From Candidatus Foliamicus sp. (GTDB lineage: Bacteria; Pseudomonadota; Gammaproteobacteria; Steroidobacterales; Foliamicaceae): 64,000 bases of DNA. Below, piece by piece: positions 20,676-29,108 of this stretch. The notes beneath the pieces are model-generated. The model searched no databases and was not told the origin of the DNA. It worked only from the letters and a program-made list of their open reading frames with translations. The translations under genes and the position numbers were made by a program. Position 1 is the first letter of the stretch. Each line of letters opens with the position of its first letter. The stretch is from positions 1,465,360-1,529,359 of the forward strand of contig OZ252226.1 of assembly GCA_965249285.1 (NCBI GenBank). Reading direction: 5' to 3'.

Positions 20676-21601
20676 GAATACCGATCCCAGTCGCGCTGTT
20701 CGCCGGCCAGCCCGGCAAGTAGTTCGCACATATCCTCCGGCAGAGGCGCGGTGAATTCGCACTCCTCGCCGGTTGCCGGGTGCTGAAGCCGTAACTGGCG
20801 CGCATGCAGCGCCGGACGCTGGAAATCTACCGCGCCCCGCGCATACAGGGAATCTCCCGACAGGGGGTAACCCAGGTGGGCCAGATGAACACGGACCTGG
20901 TGGGTCCGCCCCGTTTCCAGGCGGACCGCAAGAAACGAGTGCCTGGGAAAACGGGCCAGAATGCGGAAATGGGTCACAGCGCTTCGTCCTCCGCGGCGTA
21001 CCGCCATACGCAGCCGGTCACGGGAGTGGCGTCCCAGGGGCTCATCAATGGTACCGCCGGCCACCGGGCAGCCGCGCGCAACGGCCCGGTACTCGCGTTG
21101 AATGCGCCGCGCCTGCAGGTCCTTGGTCAGGCGTTGGTGAGCGGCGGCCGTGCGGGCCACCAGCAGCAGCCCGGTAGTTCCGGCGTCGAGCCGATGGATC
21201 AGGCCGAACCGCGGCACGGCGCTTAGTTCAGGAAAACGGTGCAGCAGTCCGTTTTGCAGCGTGCCTCCCGGATTACCGGCGCCCGGATGGACCACCAGGC
21301 CGGCCGGCTTGTTCACTACAATCAGATTCGAATCCGCATGCGCCAGCGCAAATTCCACCGGTTCGGGTTCTACCGTACCCGTGGCCAGCAATTGCGCCCT
21401 GATTTCATACACTTGTCCGGCTTCCACCGGCATGCGCGGAGGCCCGACCGAGACCCCTTTCCCGAACACCTGGCCGTTCTCGATCCACTTCTTGATCAGG
21501 CTGCGTGAATAATCAGGCAACAATTCCGCAAGCACCGCATCCAGCCTGCGTCCCGCCAGTTTGTCGGGTACCACAACCCGGCATTCAAGCACGCGCCTCA
21601 C
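20663..21601 (-). CDS. rluD: 23S rRNA pseudouridine synthase RluD
   Basis: 312 aa with an S4 domain and the RluA-family catalytic motif (HRLDAGTTGLLLVA). It is divergent from bamD as in E. coli. Confidence 0.9.
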   Translation of the reverse strand: MRRVLECRVVVPDKLAGRRLDAVLAELLPDYSRSLIKKWIENGQVFGKGVSVGPPRMPVEAGQVYEIRAQLLATGTVEPEPVEFALAHADSNLIVVNKPAGLVVHPGAGNPGGTLQNGLLHRFPELSAVPRFGLIHRLDAGTTGLLLVARTAAAHQRLTKDLQARRIQREYRAVARGCPVAGGTIDEPLGRHSRDRLRMAVRRGGRSAVTHFRILARFPRHSFLAVRLETGRTHQVRVHLAHLGYPLSGDSLYARGAVDFQRPALHARQLRLQHPATGEECEFTAPLPEDMCELLAGLAGEQRDWDRYSWSS

Positions 21602-21697
21602 CGCCTGAGCCCCTGCAATCCGCCCGGCATGCCTAACAATCGCGGCCTTTCGTTATACTGCACGCTTCAAGGAACCCAAGCCGTTTCGAGTAATTGA

Positions 21698-22486
21698 ATG
21701 ATTTCAGCACGATACCTCGCCGGAATTCTACTTGCGGCAGCAGCCTGCGCCACCCTGGCCGGTTGCGGGCGCGGCGATGAACGCGACGAGCTGTCGGCTG
21801 CCAGCATATTGTATGAACGCGGGCACGCCGCGCTCGAAGGCGGAGACTTCCGCAAGGCGCTCCGGTTCCTTGGTGCATTGAAGTCTCGCTTTCCGTTCAA
21901 CCCGCAAACCCGCCAGGCGCAACTGGAAATCATCTATTGCTTATACAGGCTCAATGACCAGGACAGCGCTGTGGAGGCAGCGCGGGAGTTCGAACGCGAA
22001 AACCCACGCCACCCGAACGTCGATTACGCCATCTACATGCGCGGGTTGGCCTTGTTCGCCCGCCAGCCAGGGCGGTTCGGGCGACTGTTTCGGATTGACT
22101 ACTCCCGCCGTCCCATTCTGACCGCCGGAGAGTCATTTGACGCCTTTACCCAATTGGCCACTCGTTATCCCGAAAGCGAGTATGCCCCCGACGCGCGCCG
22201 ACGGATGGTATTCCTGCGTAACCGGATGGCCCAGTACGAGAATCACGTAGCCGACTATTACTTTCGCCGCGGCGCGTGGGTGGCCGCCGCCAATCGGGCG
22301 CGCTTCGCCGTAGAGAACTACCATGGCTCGCCGGAAGTCGCTCGGTCGCTGAAGATTATGGTGAAGGCGTACCGCAACATCGGGATGGACGACCTGGCCT
22401 CGGATGCCGAGCGCATGCTGGCCGCGAACTTTCCCGGCGAGCAAGTCGACAGCGAGCGGCGCCGGCGCCGGTTTTTCTTCTTCTAG
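21698..22486 (+). CDS. bamD: outer membrane protein assembly factor BamD
   Basis: 262 aa with a lipoprotein signal (LAGCG) and TPR-like repeats. It sits in the yfiO position divergent from rluD. Confidence 0.9.
   Translation: MISARYLAGILLAAAACATLAGCGRGDERDELSAASILYERGHAALEGGDFRKALRFLGALKSRFPFNPQTRQAQLEIIYCLYRLNDQDSAVEAAREFERENPRHPNVDYAIYMRGLALFARQPGRFGRLFRIDYSRRPILTAGESFDAFTQLATRYPESEYAPDARRRMVFLRNRMAQYENHVADYYFRRGAWVAAANRARFAVENYHGSPEVARSLKIMVKAYRNIGMDDLASDAERMLAANFPGEQVDSERRRRRFFFF
22457..22483 (+). terminator. putative intrinsic terminator embedded in the last codons of bamD
   Basis: A 14-nt GC palindrome cggcgccggcgccg (22457-22470) is followed by gtttttcttcttc. It also encodes the odd protein tail RRRRRFFFF. 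Confidence 0.45.
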
Positions 22487-22504
22487 TCGCCCGTGCAAGA
22501 ACAA

Positions 22505-22600
22505 GAGCGAGGGCGTCCCCGCTCCCCGATCAGCGTCGCGGACAGGCTCTCGTCGAGGGCAGGATGCCCTCGTTCCCAGGGGAGATGCCCTCGCTCCGGG
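22505..22600. repeat. REP cluster (three units, partly degenerate)
   Basis: gagcgagggcgtccccgctcc ... gtcgagggcaggatgccctcgttccc ... gagatgccctcgctcc. The string cgatcagc recurs at 22527 and 22602. Confidence 0.75.
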
Positions 22601-22604
22601 CCGA

Positions 22605-23279
22605 TCAGCCCTCCAGCGGTATCAGCGAGGCAACCCGCTTGATCCGGCCCTGCTTGCCCGGCGGGCCCAGAGTAATGCACGCCGCCGTGGGGCGCCTGAT
22701 TTCGTATTCGCCGACCGAGTAGCGGGCGTAGCGCCGGCGCAGGACATCTTCGCAAAGCAGTAGCCGGTAGTCGCGCTCCAGGTGACTGAACCGGACCCGC
22801 ACCACGTTGTCGTCGGAAACCGGCCGCCGCGTAACGTCCACAATGTAGTGGTCGAGTTCAATGAGCATTAGCGAAGATTCCAGTTCCATGGCCTCCGGGG
22901 CCAGCACGCGATCGTAGAAGCCAGCCTTCGTGGAGGTCATGTCCGACCATAACACCAGCGGCGACGAGCACAGATCGCCCAGCAATTCCCGTGGATAGGC
23001 CCCTACCTTGCGCCACCTGGGGCGATCCGCCACCCGCAGGTTCTCGGTTTGCGGTGGCTTGGGCGTAGCCTCTTCCACCGGCGCCGCAAAAATATCCAGC
23101 GGCCGGACCGGGGACTTGTTTCGGTAACGCACTGCGTTCAGCGACAGCGCACCCCCCTTTTCGGGGCCCTCCAGCCGTGCCCAGGATCCCAGGCTCTCGC
23201 CGTCAAAATGCACTGCAGCCACCCGCAGGCCGCCTGCGACTTCATAGCGCGCTAAACACAGAAATTGTCTGATGTCCAC
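22605..23279 (-). CDS. hypothetical protein (no family recognised)
   Basis: 224-aa ORF with GC-typical codon usage and no TM segment or signal peptide. It fills the gap between the REP cluster and rluC. Confidence 0.5.
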   Translation of the reverse strand: MDIRQFLCLARYEVAGGLRVAAVHFDGESLGSWARLEGPEKGGALSLNAVRYRNKSPVRPLDIFAAPVEEATPKPPQTENLRVADRPRWRKVGAYPRELLGDLCSSPLVLWSDMTSTKAGFYDRVLAPEAMELESSLMLIELDHYIVDVTRRPVSDDNVVRVRFSHLERDYRLLLCEDVLRRRYARYSVGEYEIRRPTAACITLGPPGKQGRIKRVASLIPLEG

Positions 23280-23305
23280 ACAAGGCTCCGGAAAAGAGCG
23301 GTATT

Positions 23306-24250
23306 TTATGTTTTTCGGCTGCCGCGGCCAAACTCCGGCTGACCCAGGCGCTCCAGCACCGACCGCAATTCATCCGGTAACGGCGCCCGCAGGCAAAGCT
23401 CGCGCGATGTTTGCGGGTGCGTGAACTTCACCTCGGAGGCATGCAGAAACAGCCGCTTAAGCGCGATTCGCTCCGCCAGTTCGGCGCTTGACCGGCCATA
23501 CCGGTCGTCGCCGAGCACCGGATGGCCGATGGCGGCCGCATGAACCCGAATCTGGTGGGTGCGCCCGGTGATTGGAATAGCGCGGACCAGCGTGGCGTTT
23601 CCCCAACCACGGCTGGGAATATAGCGAGTTTCCGCCGGCTGCCCCGAACCGGCTCGAACCCGCCGCTCGCCGCCCTCGGTGAAGGAGCGGTCCAGGGGCA
23701 GGTTGACGCGGCGCTCGGGGCCGGTCCAGCCCCCGGCGAGCAGGGCCACGTAGGATTTCTCGATTGCATTGCGGCGAAATGCCTGGTGCAGCGCGCTCAG
23801 GACACGGGGCTTCCGGGCAAACACCAAACAGCCGCTGGTGGCCCGGTCCAGACGGTGAGCCAATTGCAGGAAGTCCTCATTGGCTCGAGCTGCACGCAGC
23901 AATTCCACCGCTCCCAGGTTCACCGAACCGCCCGCATGCACTGCCAAACCGGCCGGCTTGTTCAAAACCAGCAAAGAGTCGTCTTCGTGCAGCACGCACT
24001 GCTCAATCCAGCGGGCGCGCGCCGCGACCGGGGGCGGCGCACGGCGATCAATAAACGGGGGCAGACGGATCTCGTCACCGGTTCGCAAACGATGACTCGA
24101 TGCCACCCGGCCCCGATTTACCCGCACCTCGCCCCTGCGGATCATGCGATGCACCCGCGCCAGACGCATTCGCTTTAGCCGGCCGGCTAGGAAATTGTCC
24201 AGCCGGCGGCCGGAATCGTCTTCCGATACGATCAGAATATTGCTCTTCAC
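23306..24250 (-). CDS. rluC: 23S rRNA pseudouridine synthase RluC
   Basis: 314 aa with an S4 domain and the HRLDRATSGCLVFA motif. It is divergent from rne as in E. coli. Confidence 0.85.
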   Translation of the reverse strand: MKSNILIVSEDDSGRRLDNFLAGRLKRMRLARVHRMIRRGEVRVNRGRVASSHRLRTGDEIRLPPFIDRRAPPPVAARARWIEQCVLHEDDSLLVLNKPAGLAVHAGGSVNLGAVELLRAARANEDFLQLAHRLDRATSGCLVFARKPRVLSALHQAFRRNAIEKSYVALLAGGWTGPERRVNLPLDRSFTEGGERRVRAGSGQPAETRYIPSRGWGNATLVRAIPITGRTHQIRVHAAAIGHPVLGDDRYGRSSAELAERIALKRLFLHASEVKFTHPQTSRELCLRAPLPDELRSVLERLGQPEFGRGSRKT

Positions 24251-24307
24251 CTGCGCCCAACCGTCACGCCACGGCCCCCGGACTTGATCAGGCTGTTCCG
24301 CATGGCG

Positions 24308-24316
24308 TGCTATAGT
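24308..24316 (+). promoter_or_regulatory. candidate extended -10 promoter (TGcTATAGT) of rne, followed by a roughly 240-nt leader
   Basis: tgctatagt lies at 24308-24316. A long, lower-GC, hairpin-rich untranslated region runs up to the ATG at 24562, analogous to the autoregulatory rne leader of E. coli. Confidence 0.35.
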
Positions 24317-24561
24317 AATCGTCGGCGTTGCGCACTGGCGCCCGCGCAGATACTTGCGCCAGCGGCAACACCTATTGCCGAATCTGTTTTCTAATGCGGC
24401 GGAGGAACGCCGGTCTTACCGGATGGATTTCCAAGACAAGAACGCGCCAAGGGTCACATTCCTGATGAATGACCTGATTGCGTACTGCCGCCGGCGCGGT
24501 CTCGGTGCAGCGCTGTGCGCGGCTGCGGCATGGTTCCGCCCGAACCTGGACAAAAATCACA

Positions 24562-26493
24562 ATGAGAAGAATGCTAGTAAACGCCACCCAGCAAGAAGAG
24601 GTGCGCGTTGCTTTGGTCGATGGGCAACAACTTTATGACCTTGCCATTGAACATCGAGAAAAAGAACAAAAGAAAGGCAACATCTACAAGGGGCGCATTG
24701 CGCGAGTAGAACCCAGTCTTGAGGCTGCGTTTGTTGATTTCGGCGCAGAGCGCCACGGTTTTCTCCCCTTAGAGGACATATCCCGCGAGTACTTTCTGGG
24801 GACGCCGGAACCCGGCAAACCCCTGAACATTGCCGAGCTGGTGAAGGAAGGCCAGCAGCTGGTGGTGCAGGTCGAGAAAGACGAGAGGGACAACAAGGGC
24901 GCCGCGCTGAGCACCCTGGTCTCCCTGGCCGGCCGTTACCTGGTACTGAATGCCAACAACCCACGCGGTGGGGGCGTATCCCGCCAGGTCCGAGGCGAGG
25001 ACCGCCAGGCGGTGCAGCAGCGCCTGGGCAACCTCAATATTCCCAAGGGCATGAGCGTAATCATCCGCACCCAGGGTCACGACCGGGGTGGCGAGGAACT
25101 GCAATGGGACCTGGACAACCAGCTGCGGATATGGGAGGCCATCAAGCTCGCAGTGCTGGAGCGCGACGGCCCTTTCCTGGTGGTGCAGGAATCCAACGTG
25201 ATTCTGCGTGCGGTGCGGGACTATCTCTCCGACTCAATCGGGGAAATCGTAGTGGACGACGACGAAGCCTACGAGAGCATCCGCAGTTTCATGAAGCACA
25301 CCATGCCGCACTTTCTGGACCGCCTGCGGCGGCATGAGGACGACGGGCCGCTGTTCAACCGCTACCAGATCGAAAGCCAGATCGACACCGCGTATCGGCG
25401 CCGCGTCAACCTGCCCTCCGGCGGCCAGATCATCATTGACCAGCCGGAGGCCGGCATTTGCATCGACGTCAATTCCGCGCGCGCCACGTCGGCGGAGGAC
25501 ATCGAGCAGACTGCGCTGCAAACCAACCTGGAGGCCGCCGACGAAATCGCCCGTCAGTGCCGGATCCGCGATTTATCGGGGCTGCTGATGATCGACTTTA
25601 TCGATATGCGCTCCGCCGGATCCAACCGGCAGGTGGAGGATCGGCTGCGCCAGGGCACCCGCAACGAACCGGCGCGGATACAGATCGGACAGATTTCGCG
25701 CTTCGGCATCCTGGAAATGTCGCGCCAACGCTTGCGCACGTCGCTGGTCGATACGACTCACGAGACCTGTCCGCGATGCGGCGGTACCGGGCGAATTCGC
25801 GGTGTGGAGTCACTAGGCCTGCACGTGCTGCGGATGATCAGCGAAGAAGCGGGCAAGGAACGCACCTCGAAGGTGGTGGCGGAACTGCCACTGGTTGTGG
25901 CGAACTTTCTTCTGAACGAGAAGCGATCCGCCCTGACGCAAATCGAGGACGTATACATGGTCAGCGTGGTTCTGGTTGCCAATTCCGCCATGGAGACACC
26001 CGAGTTCGCTTTGCGGCGGGTGCGCGACAATACCGATGACGAAACCCCCAGTTACGAATTGGCAACCGTGACGGCCCCGCCCCCTGCCAATCTTGCACCC
26101 AGCCGCGGCAAACCGCCGGAAAAGCCGGCGGTAGAGCGCTCCCTGCCTGATACCGCGCCGCCCGAGCACAAGGCCAAGGCCGCCAAGAAGCCAGACCGCA
26201 AGAAGAAGAAAAAGCCGAAGGTTGGATTTTTTGCTCGTCTGTTCGGGCGGAACAAGAAAAAGAAAACTCCGGCCAGGCAACCTGCCAGGAAGGCTCAGCC
26301 GCAACAACGCTCTCGGCCGCAACGCAAGGCAAAGCAGCCGCCGAAACACCAGGGCGGACCCAGGAACAAGGCGCAGGGCGAATCGCAGGCGCCCCGCCGC
26401 AAGGAATCCGAATCCGGCAACGGTCATCCTCCGCGCAGGCGCAGGCGCAGGCGCCGCAGGCGCCCCGGGAGCGACGCCCCGCCGTCGTCCTGA
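24562..26493 (+). CDS. rne: ribonuclease E (short form, 643 aa)
   Basis: It starts MRRMLVNATQQEEVRVALVDGQQLYDL and has an S1 domain, a DNase I-like domain and the CPRCGGTG zinc link. The basic tail ends in RRRRRRRRRR. I chose the ATG at 24562 rather than 24478. Confidence 0.92.
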   Translation: MRRMLVNATQQEEVRVALVDGQQLYDLAIEHREKEQKKGNIYKGRIARVEPSLEAAFVDFGAERHGFLPLEDISREYFLGTPEPGKPLNIAELVKEGQQLVVQVEKDERDNKGAALSTLVSLAGRYLVLNANNPRGGGVSRQVRGEDRQAVQQRLGNLNIPKGMSVIIRTQGHDRGGEELQWDLDNQLRIWEAIKLAVLERDGPFLVVQESNVILRAVRDYLSDSIGEIVVDDDEAYESIRSFMKHTMPHFLDRLRRHEDDGPLFNRYQIESQIDTAYRRRVNLPSGGQIIIDQPEAGICIDVNSARATSAEDIEQTALQTNLEAADEIARQCRIRDLSGLLMIDFIDMRSAGSNRQVEDRLRQGTRNEPARIQIGQISRFGILEMSRQRLRTSLVDTTHETCPRCGGTGRIRGVESLGLHVLRMISEEAGKERTSKVVAELPLVVANFLLNEKRSALTQIEDVYMVSVVLVANSAMETPEFALRRVRDNTDDETPSYELATVTAPPPANLAPSRGKPPEKPAVERSLPDTAPPEHKAKAAKKPDRKKKKKPKVGFFARLFGRNKKKKTPARQPARKAQPQQRSRPQRKAKQPPKHQGGPRNKAQGESQAPRRKESESGNGHPPRRRRRRRRRRPGSDAPPSS

Positions 26494-26539
26494 GGGACAT
26501 CAGCCGCTTAAATGTGTTCGGCGGTGAGCCAGCCGTCGG

Positions 26540-26683
26540 GCTTATAGGTGGCGAAGGCAGGATGCCCTCGCTCCTATGGAACAACCTGGGAACGAGGGCT
26601 TCCAGCCCTCGACGACGGCAGGATGCCCTCGCTCCATTGTTCCCTGCGCGTCAGCTTAGCGGCGCCTGCTGCGAAAACTCCCA
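26540..26683. repeat. 144-nt composite element (three REP units plus tail module), flanked by a 34-bp direct duplication (26506-26539 and 26684-26717)
   Basis: By my hand alignment it is roughly 85% identical over about 135 nt to 57158-57293. The flanking repeats are identical at 32 of 34 positions. Confidence 0.85.
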
Positions 26684-26685
26684 GC

Positions 26686-27345
26686 TTAGATGAGTTCGGC
26701 GGTGAGCCAGCCGTCGGACTGCCAATGCGACACTTGCATCTCCACGCCCATGCTCTCGGCATAGGCGAGCAGGCGGGGACGGGTCCAGTTCTCGTGTATC
26801 CACTCCTCGCTAAAGTCGAACTGCCCCAGCTTGCGGCAGGCGGCCAGTACCCGGCCAAAGGGTGAACGCCAGCGCCGCATGCCGGGGCTGGATTCGTTGT
26901 CCAGACAGAGTTGATAGTGACAGGCAGTGCGATCGAAAATCCCGATCAAGGCAATTTCGCGCTGACCGGTCTTTTCAATAAGGCCTCTCATGCGCTCGTT
27001 CAGGGGCTCCATGGTCTTGATGTCGTGAGCCACGAACTCGTCCATCATCCCGTGGTCCTTGGCGAACTGCATGGCCTGAAGGTGCGCCTTGATCAGCGCA
27101 TCGTTAATCTCGTGGGCATAGGGCTGGGTGTTCCTGAGCGTCTTCAGCACTACCGCCATGGACTTACCGAGTTCCTCTTCGCGGCCCTCAAGCCCGCTTT
27201 GGGCGCCGGCGAACGCGCCGGGCGGCGGACCTTCCGATACGCCGGGCGGCGGGCCGCCTGCTACTCCGGGCGGAGGACCGCCCGCGGACTGCGGCCGGGG
27301 GCCGGCAATCGGCCCGGTCTCTTTGCGTAATGGTTGAACGCTCAT
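26686..27345 (-). CDS. hypothetical protein with an N-terminal Pro/Gly-rich repeat region
   Basis: 219-aa ORF. The N-terminus has GGPPPGV-type repeats and I do not recognise the globular C-terminal part. Its last 10 codons are duplicated 178 bp downstream. Confidence 0.5.
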   Translation of the reverse strand: MSVQPLRKETGPIAGPRPQSAGGPPPGVAGGPPPGVSEGPPPGAFAGAQSGLEGREEELGKSMAVVLKTLRNTQPYAHEINDALIKAHLQAMQFAKDHGMMDEFVAHDIKTMEPLNERMRGLIEKTGQREIALIGIFDRTACHYQLCLDNESSPGMRRWRSPFGRVLAACRKLGQFDFSEEWIHENWTRPRLLAYAESMGVEMQVSHWQSDGWLTAELI

Positions 27346-27387
27346 GGCGTACCTCGCTGGGTCTTTGTTTGCCTAGGGGTGTTGTAA

Positions 27388-28125
27388 TTATATGGAGCGC
27401 AAAATCCGCTCCACACGGCGCACATCTTCGGCAGTGTCCACTTCCGGCCCGGGAGGCGGATCCGCGATCTCCACTCCGATGGCCATTCCCAGCCACAGGG
27501 CGCGCAATTGCTCCAGCCCCTCGATGCGCTCCAGTTCGCACTGCGGTTCGCCGGTAAGGCGCTTCAAGACCGACACACGGTAGGCGTAGAGGCCCGTATG
27601 CCGCAGGTAGCGGGGCCGACCGCCGGTCGCGGGGTGGCTCGCCGGAATCGCCGCGCGGCTGAAGTACAGGGCCCGGCTGTCCCCGTCCAGTACCACCTTT
27701 ACGATATTCGGATTGCCGGCATCCTCAGGGGATTCAAGGGCCGAAGCCAGGGTCGCGACGTCGTCCTTCAGCGCCCTGGCCGCAACCGCCCGAATGTGGG
27801 CCGGGTCAACAAGAGGCGCATCACCCTGCAGGTTTACAACGACTTCCCCGGGCGGGAACTGCAATTCCTCGGCTACCTCCGCCACCCGGTCCGAGCCACA
27901 GCTATGGTCCGGCCGGGTAATACGCGCCGCACCGCCGAACTCGTCCGCGCAGGTGGCCACGCGCTTGTCGTCGGTGGCGATCGTCACGGTCCGCGCGCCG
28001 GCTTTCATGGCCCGCCGCCAAACGTGCTCGATCAGCGGCCGTCCGGCGATCAGCTGCAAAGGCTTCCCCGGCAGCCGGCTGGAGGCAAAACGCGCGGGAA
28101 TCACGATATGAAAGCCTGAAGTCAC
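27388..28125 (-). CDS. kdsB: 3-deoxy-manno-octulosonate cytidylyltransferase
   Basis: IVIPARFASSRLPGKPL is the KdsB N-terminal motif. I chose the GTG start at 28125, which overlaps the lpxK TAG stop by 1 nt (ATAGTG). Confidence 0.9.
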   Translation of the reverse strand: MTSGFHIVIPARFASSRLPGKPLQLIAGRPLIEHVWRRAMKAGARTVTIATDDKRVATCADEFGGAARITRPDHSCGSDRVAEVAEELQFPPGEVVVNLQGDAPLVDPAHIRAVAARALKDDVATLASALESPEDAGNPNIVKVVLDGDSRALYFSRAAIPASHPATGGRPRYLRHTGLYAYRVSVLKRLTGEPQCELERIEGLEQLRALWLGMAIGVEIADPPPGPEVDTAEDVRRVERILRSI

Positions 28126-29108
28126 TATTTGTTTCCGAAAAGCGCGAGAACTTTGCCGACAATTCTCTGTGCGGAATCGCCGGGCATGACCACACGGGCC
28201 GGTGTCCACCAGAGATCCTGACCGTCGCGGCCCGGGTACTTTACGGCGTCCTTGGCGGTCATGAATACCGGCATTCCCCGCTGCAGCAGTTTCTTCATGG
28301 ATACGCGTCCATGATCCGGCGCCCGCACCGGCTCAATTTCGAGGCCCGCTTCTGCAAGCGCGCCGTGAAAGCGCTCGGGCGCGCCGATACCGGCGAGCGC
28401 CAGAACCCGCCGCCCCGCAAACTCCCGCAAGGGCCGCCGGGCGGTCCCATCCAGCCGCACGGCATGGTCTATGCGCAATTCAAATCGCAATCCGGGGAAC
28501 TCCCCGCCAGTGCCTTGCACCAGCACCTCATCCGCTTCGCCCAGGCGGCGCGCGGGTTCTCGCAAGGGGCCCGCGGGCAGCAGACGACCGTTCCCCAGAC
28601 CCCGGTCACCGTCAACTACGCAAAGTTCCAGGTCACGCGCCATGCGGTAGTGCTGCAAACCGTCATCCGATAGCACGAGGTCCGCCCCCTCCTGTGCCGC
28701 CCGGCGGACTGCTCGCGCCCGGTCGATGCACACCCACACCGGACAGCCGACCTGCCGAGCCAGCATTACCGGCTCATCGCCTACCGCGGCGGGATCAGAG
28801 CGCCCGCTAACCCGCACCGGCGCAGTTTGCCTTCGGCCCCCGTAACCGCGGCTCACGATAGCTGGGCTGCGCCCGGCGTTGATCAAGGATTCGGCCAGCC
28901 AAGCGGTAATCGGGGTCTTGCCGGTTCCTCCCACGGTAATGTTGCCGATCACCACAACCGGGACGGCTGCTTTGATTGAACTGGCCCAGCCCTTCCGGTA
29001 AGCAGTTCGCCGAAGGGCGACCGCGCCGGCAAACAAGCTGGCCAGCGGGTAAAGCAGAGTACTCAGCCAACCGCGCCGCTCCCACGCCTTTGGTGCGCTA
29101 GCCCGCAT
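28125..29108 (-). CDS. lpxK: tetraacyldisaccharide 4'-kinase
   Basis: P-loop GNITVGGTGKTP. I chose the ATG at 29108 (MRASAPKAWERRGW...), which overlaps the end of msbA. The msbA-lpxK-kdsB order supports the call. Confidence 0.88.
   Translation of the reverse strand: MRASAPKAWERRGWLSTLLYPLASLFAGAVALRRTAYRKGWASSIKAAVPVVVIGNITVGGTGKTPITAWLAESLINAGRSPAIVSRGYGGRRQTAPVRVSGRSDPAAVGDEPVMLARQVGCPVWVCIDRARAVRRAAQEGADLVLSDDGLQHYRMARDLELCVVDGDRGLGNGRLLPAGPLREPARRLGEADEVLVQGTGGEFPGLRFELRIDHAVRLDGTARRPLREFAGRRVLALAGIGAPERFHGALAEAGLEIEPVRAPDHGRVSMKKLLQRGMPVFMTAKDAVKYPGRDGQDLWWTPARVVMPGDSAQRIVGKVLALFGNK

Noticed and set aside
26434-26463. The (CGCAGG)n hexanucleotide repeat as a possible non-coding or regulatory microsatellite.
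   Set aside because: It is in frame inside rne and simply encodes the Arg10 run. It is noted under the RNase E finding instead.
26506-26717. Considered whether the duplicated gene 3' end could be a diversity-generating retroelement VR/TR pair.
   Set aside because: The repeat is only 34 nt and has 2 differences, only one of which is at an adenine of the putative template. There is no reverse transcriptase nearby.
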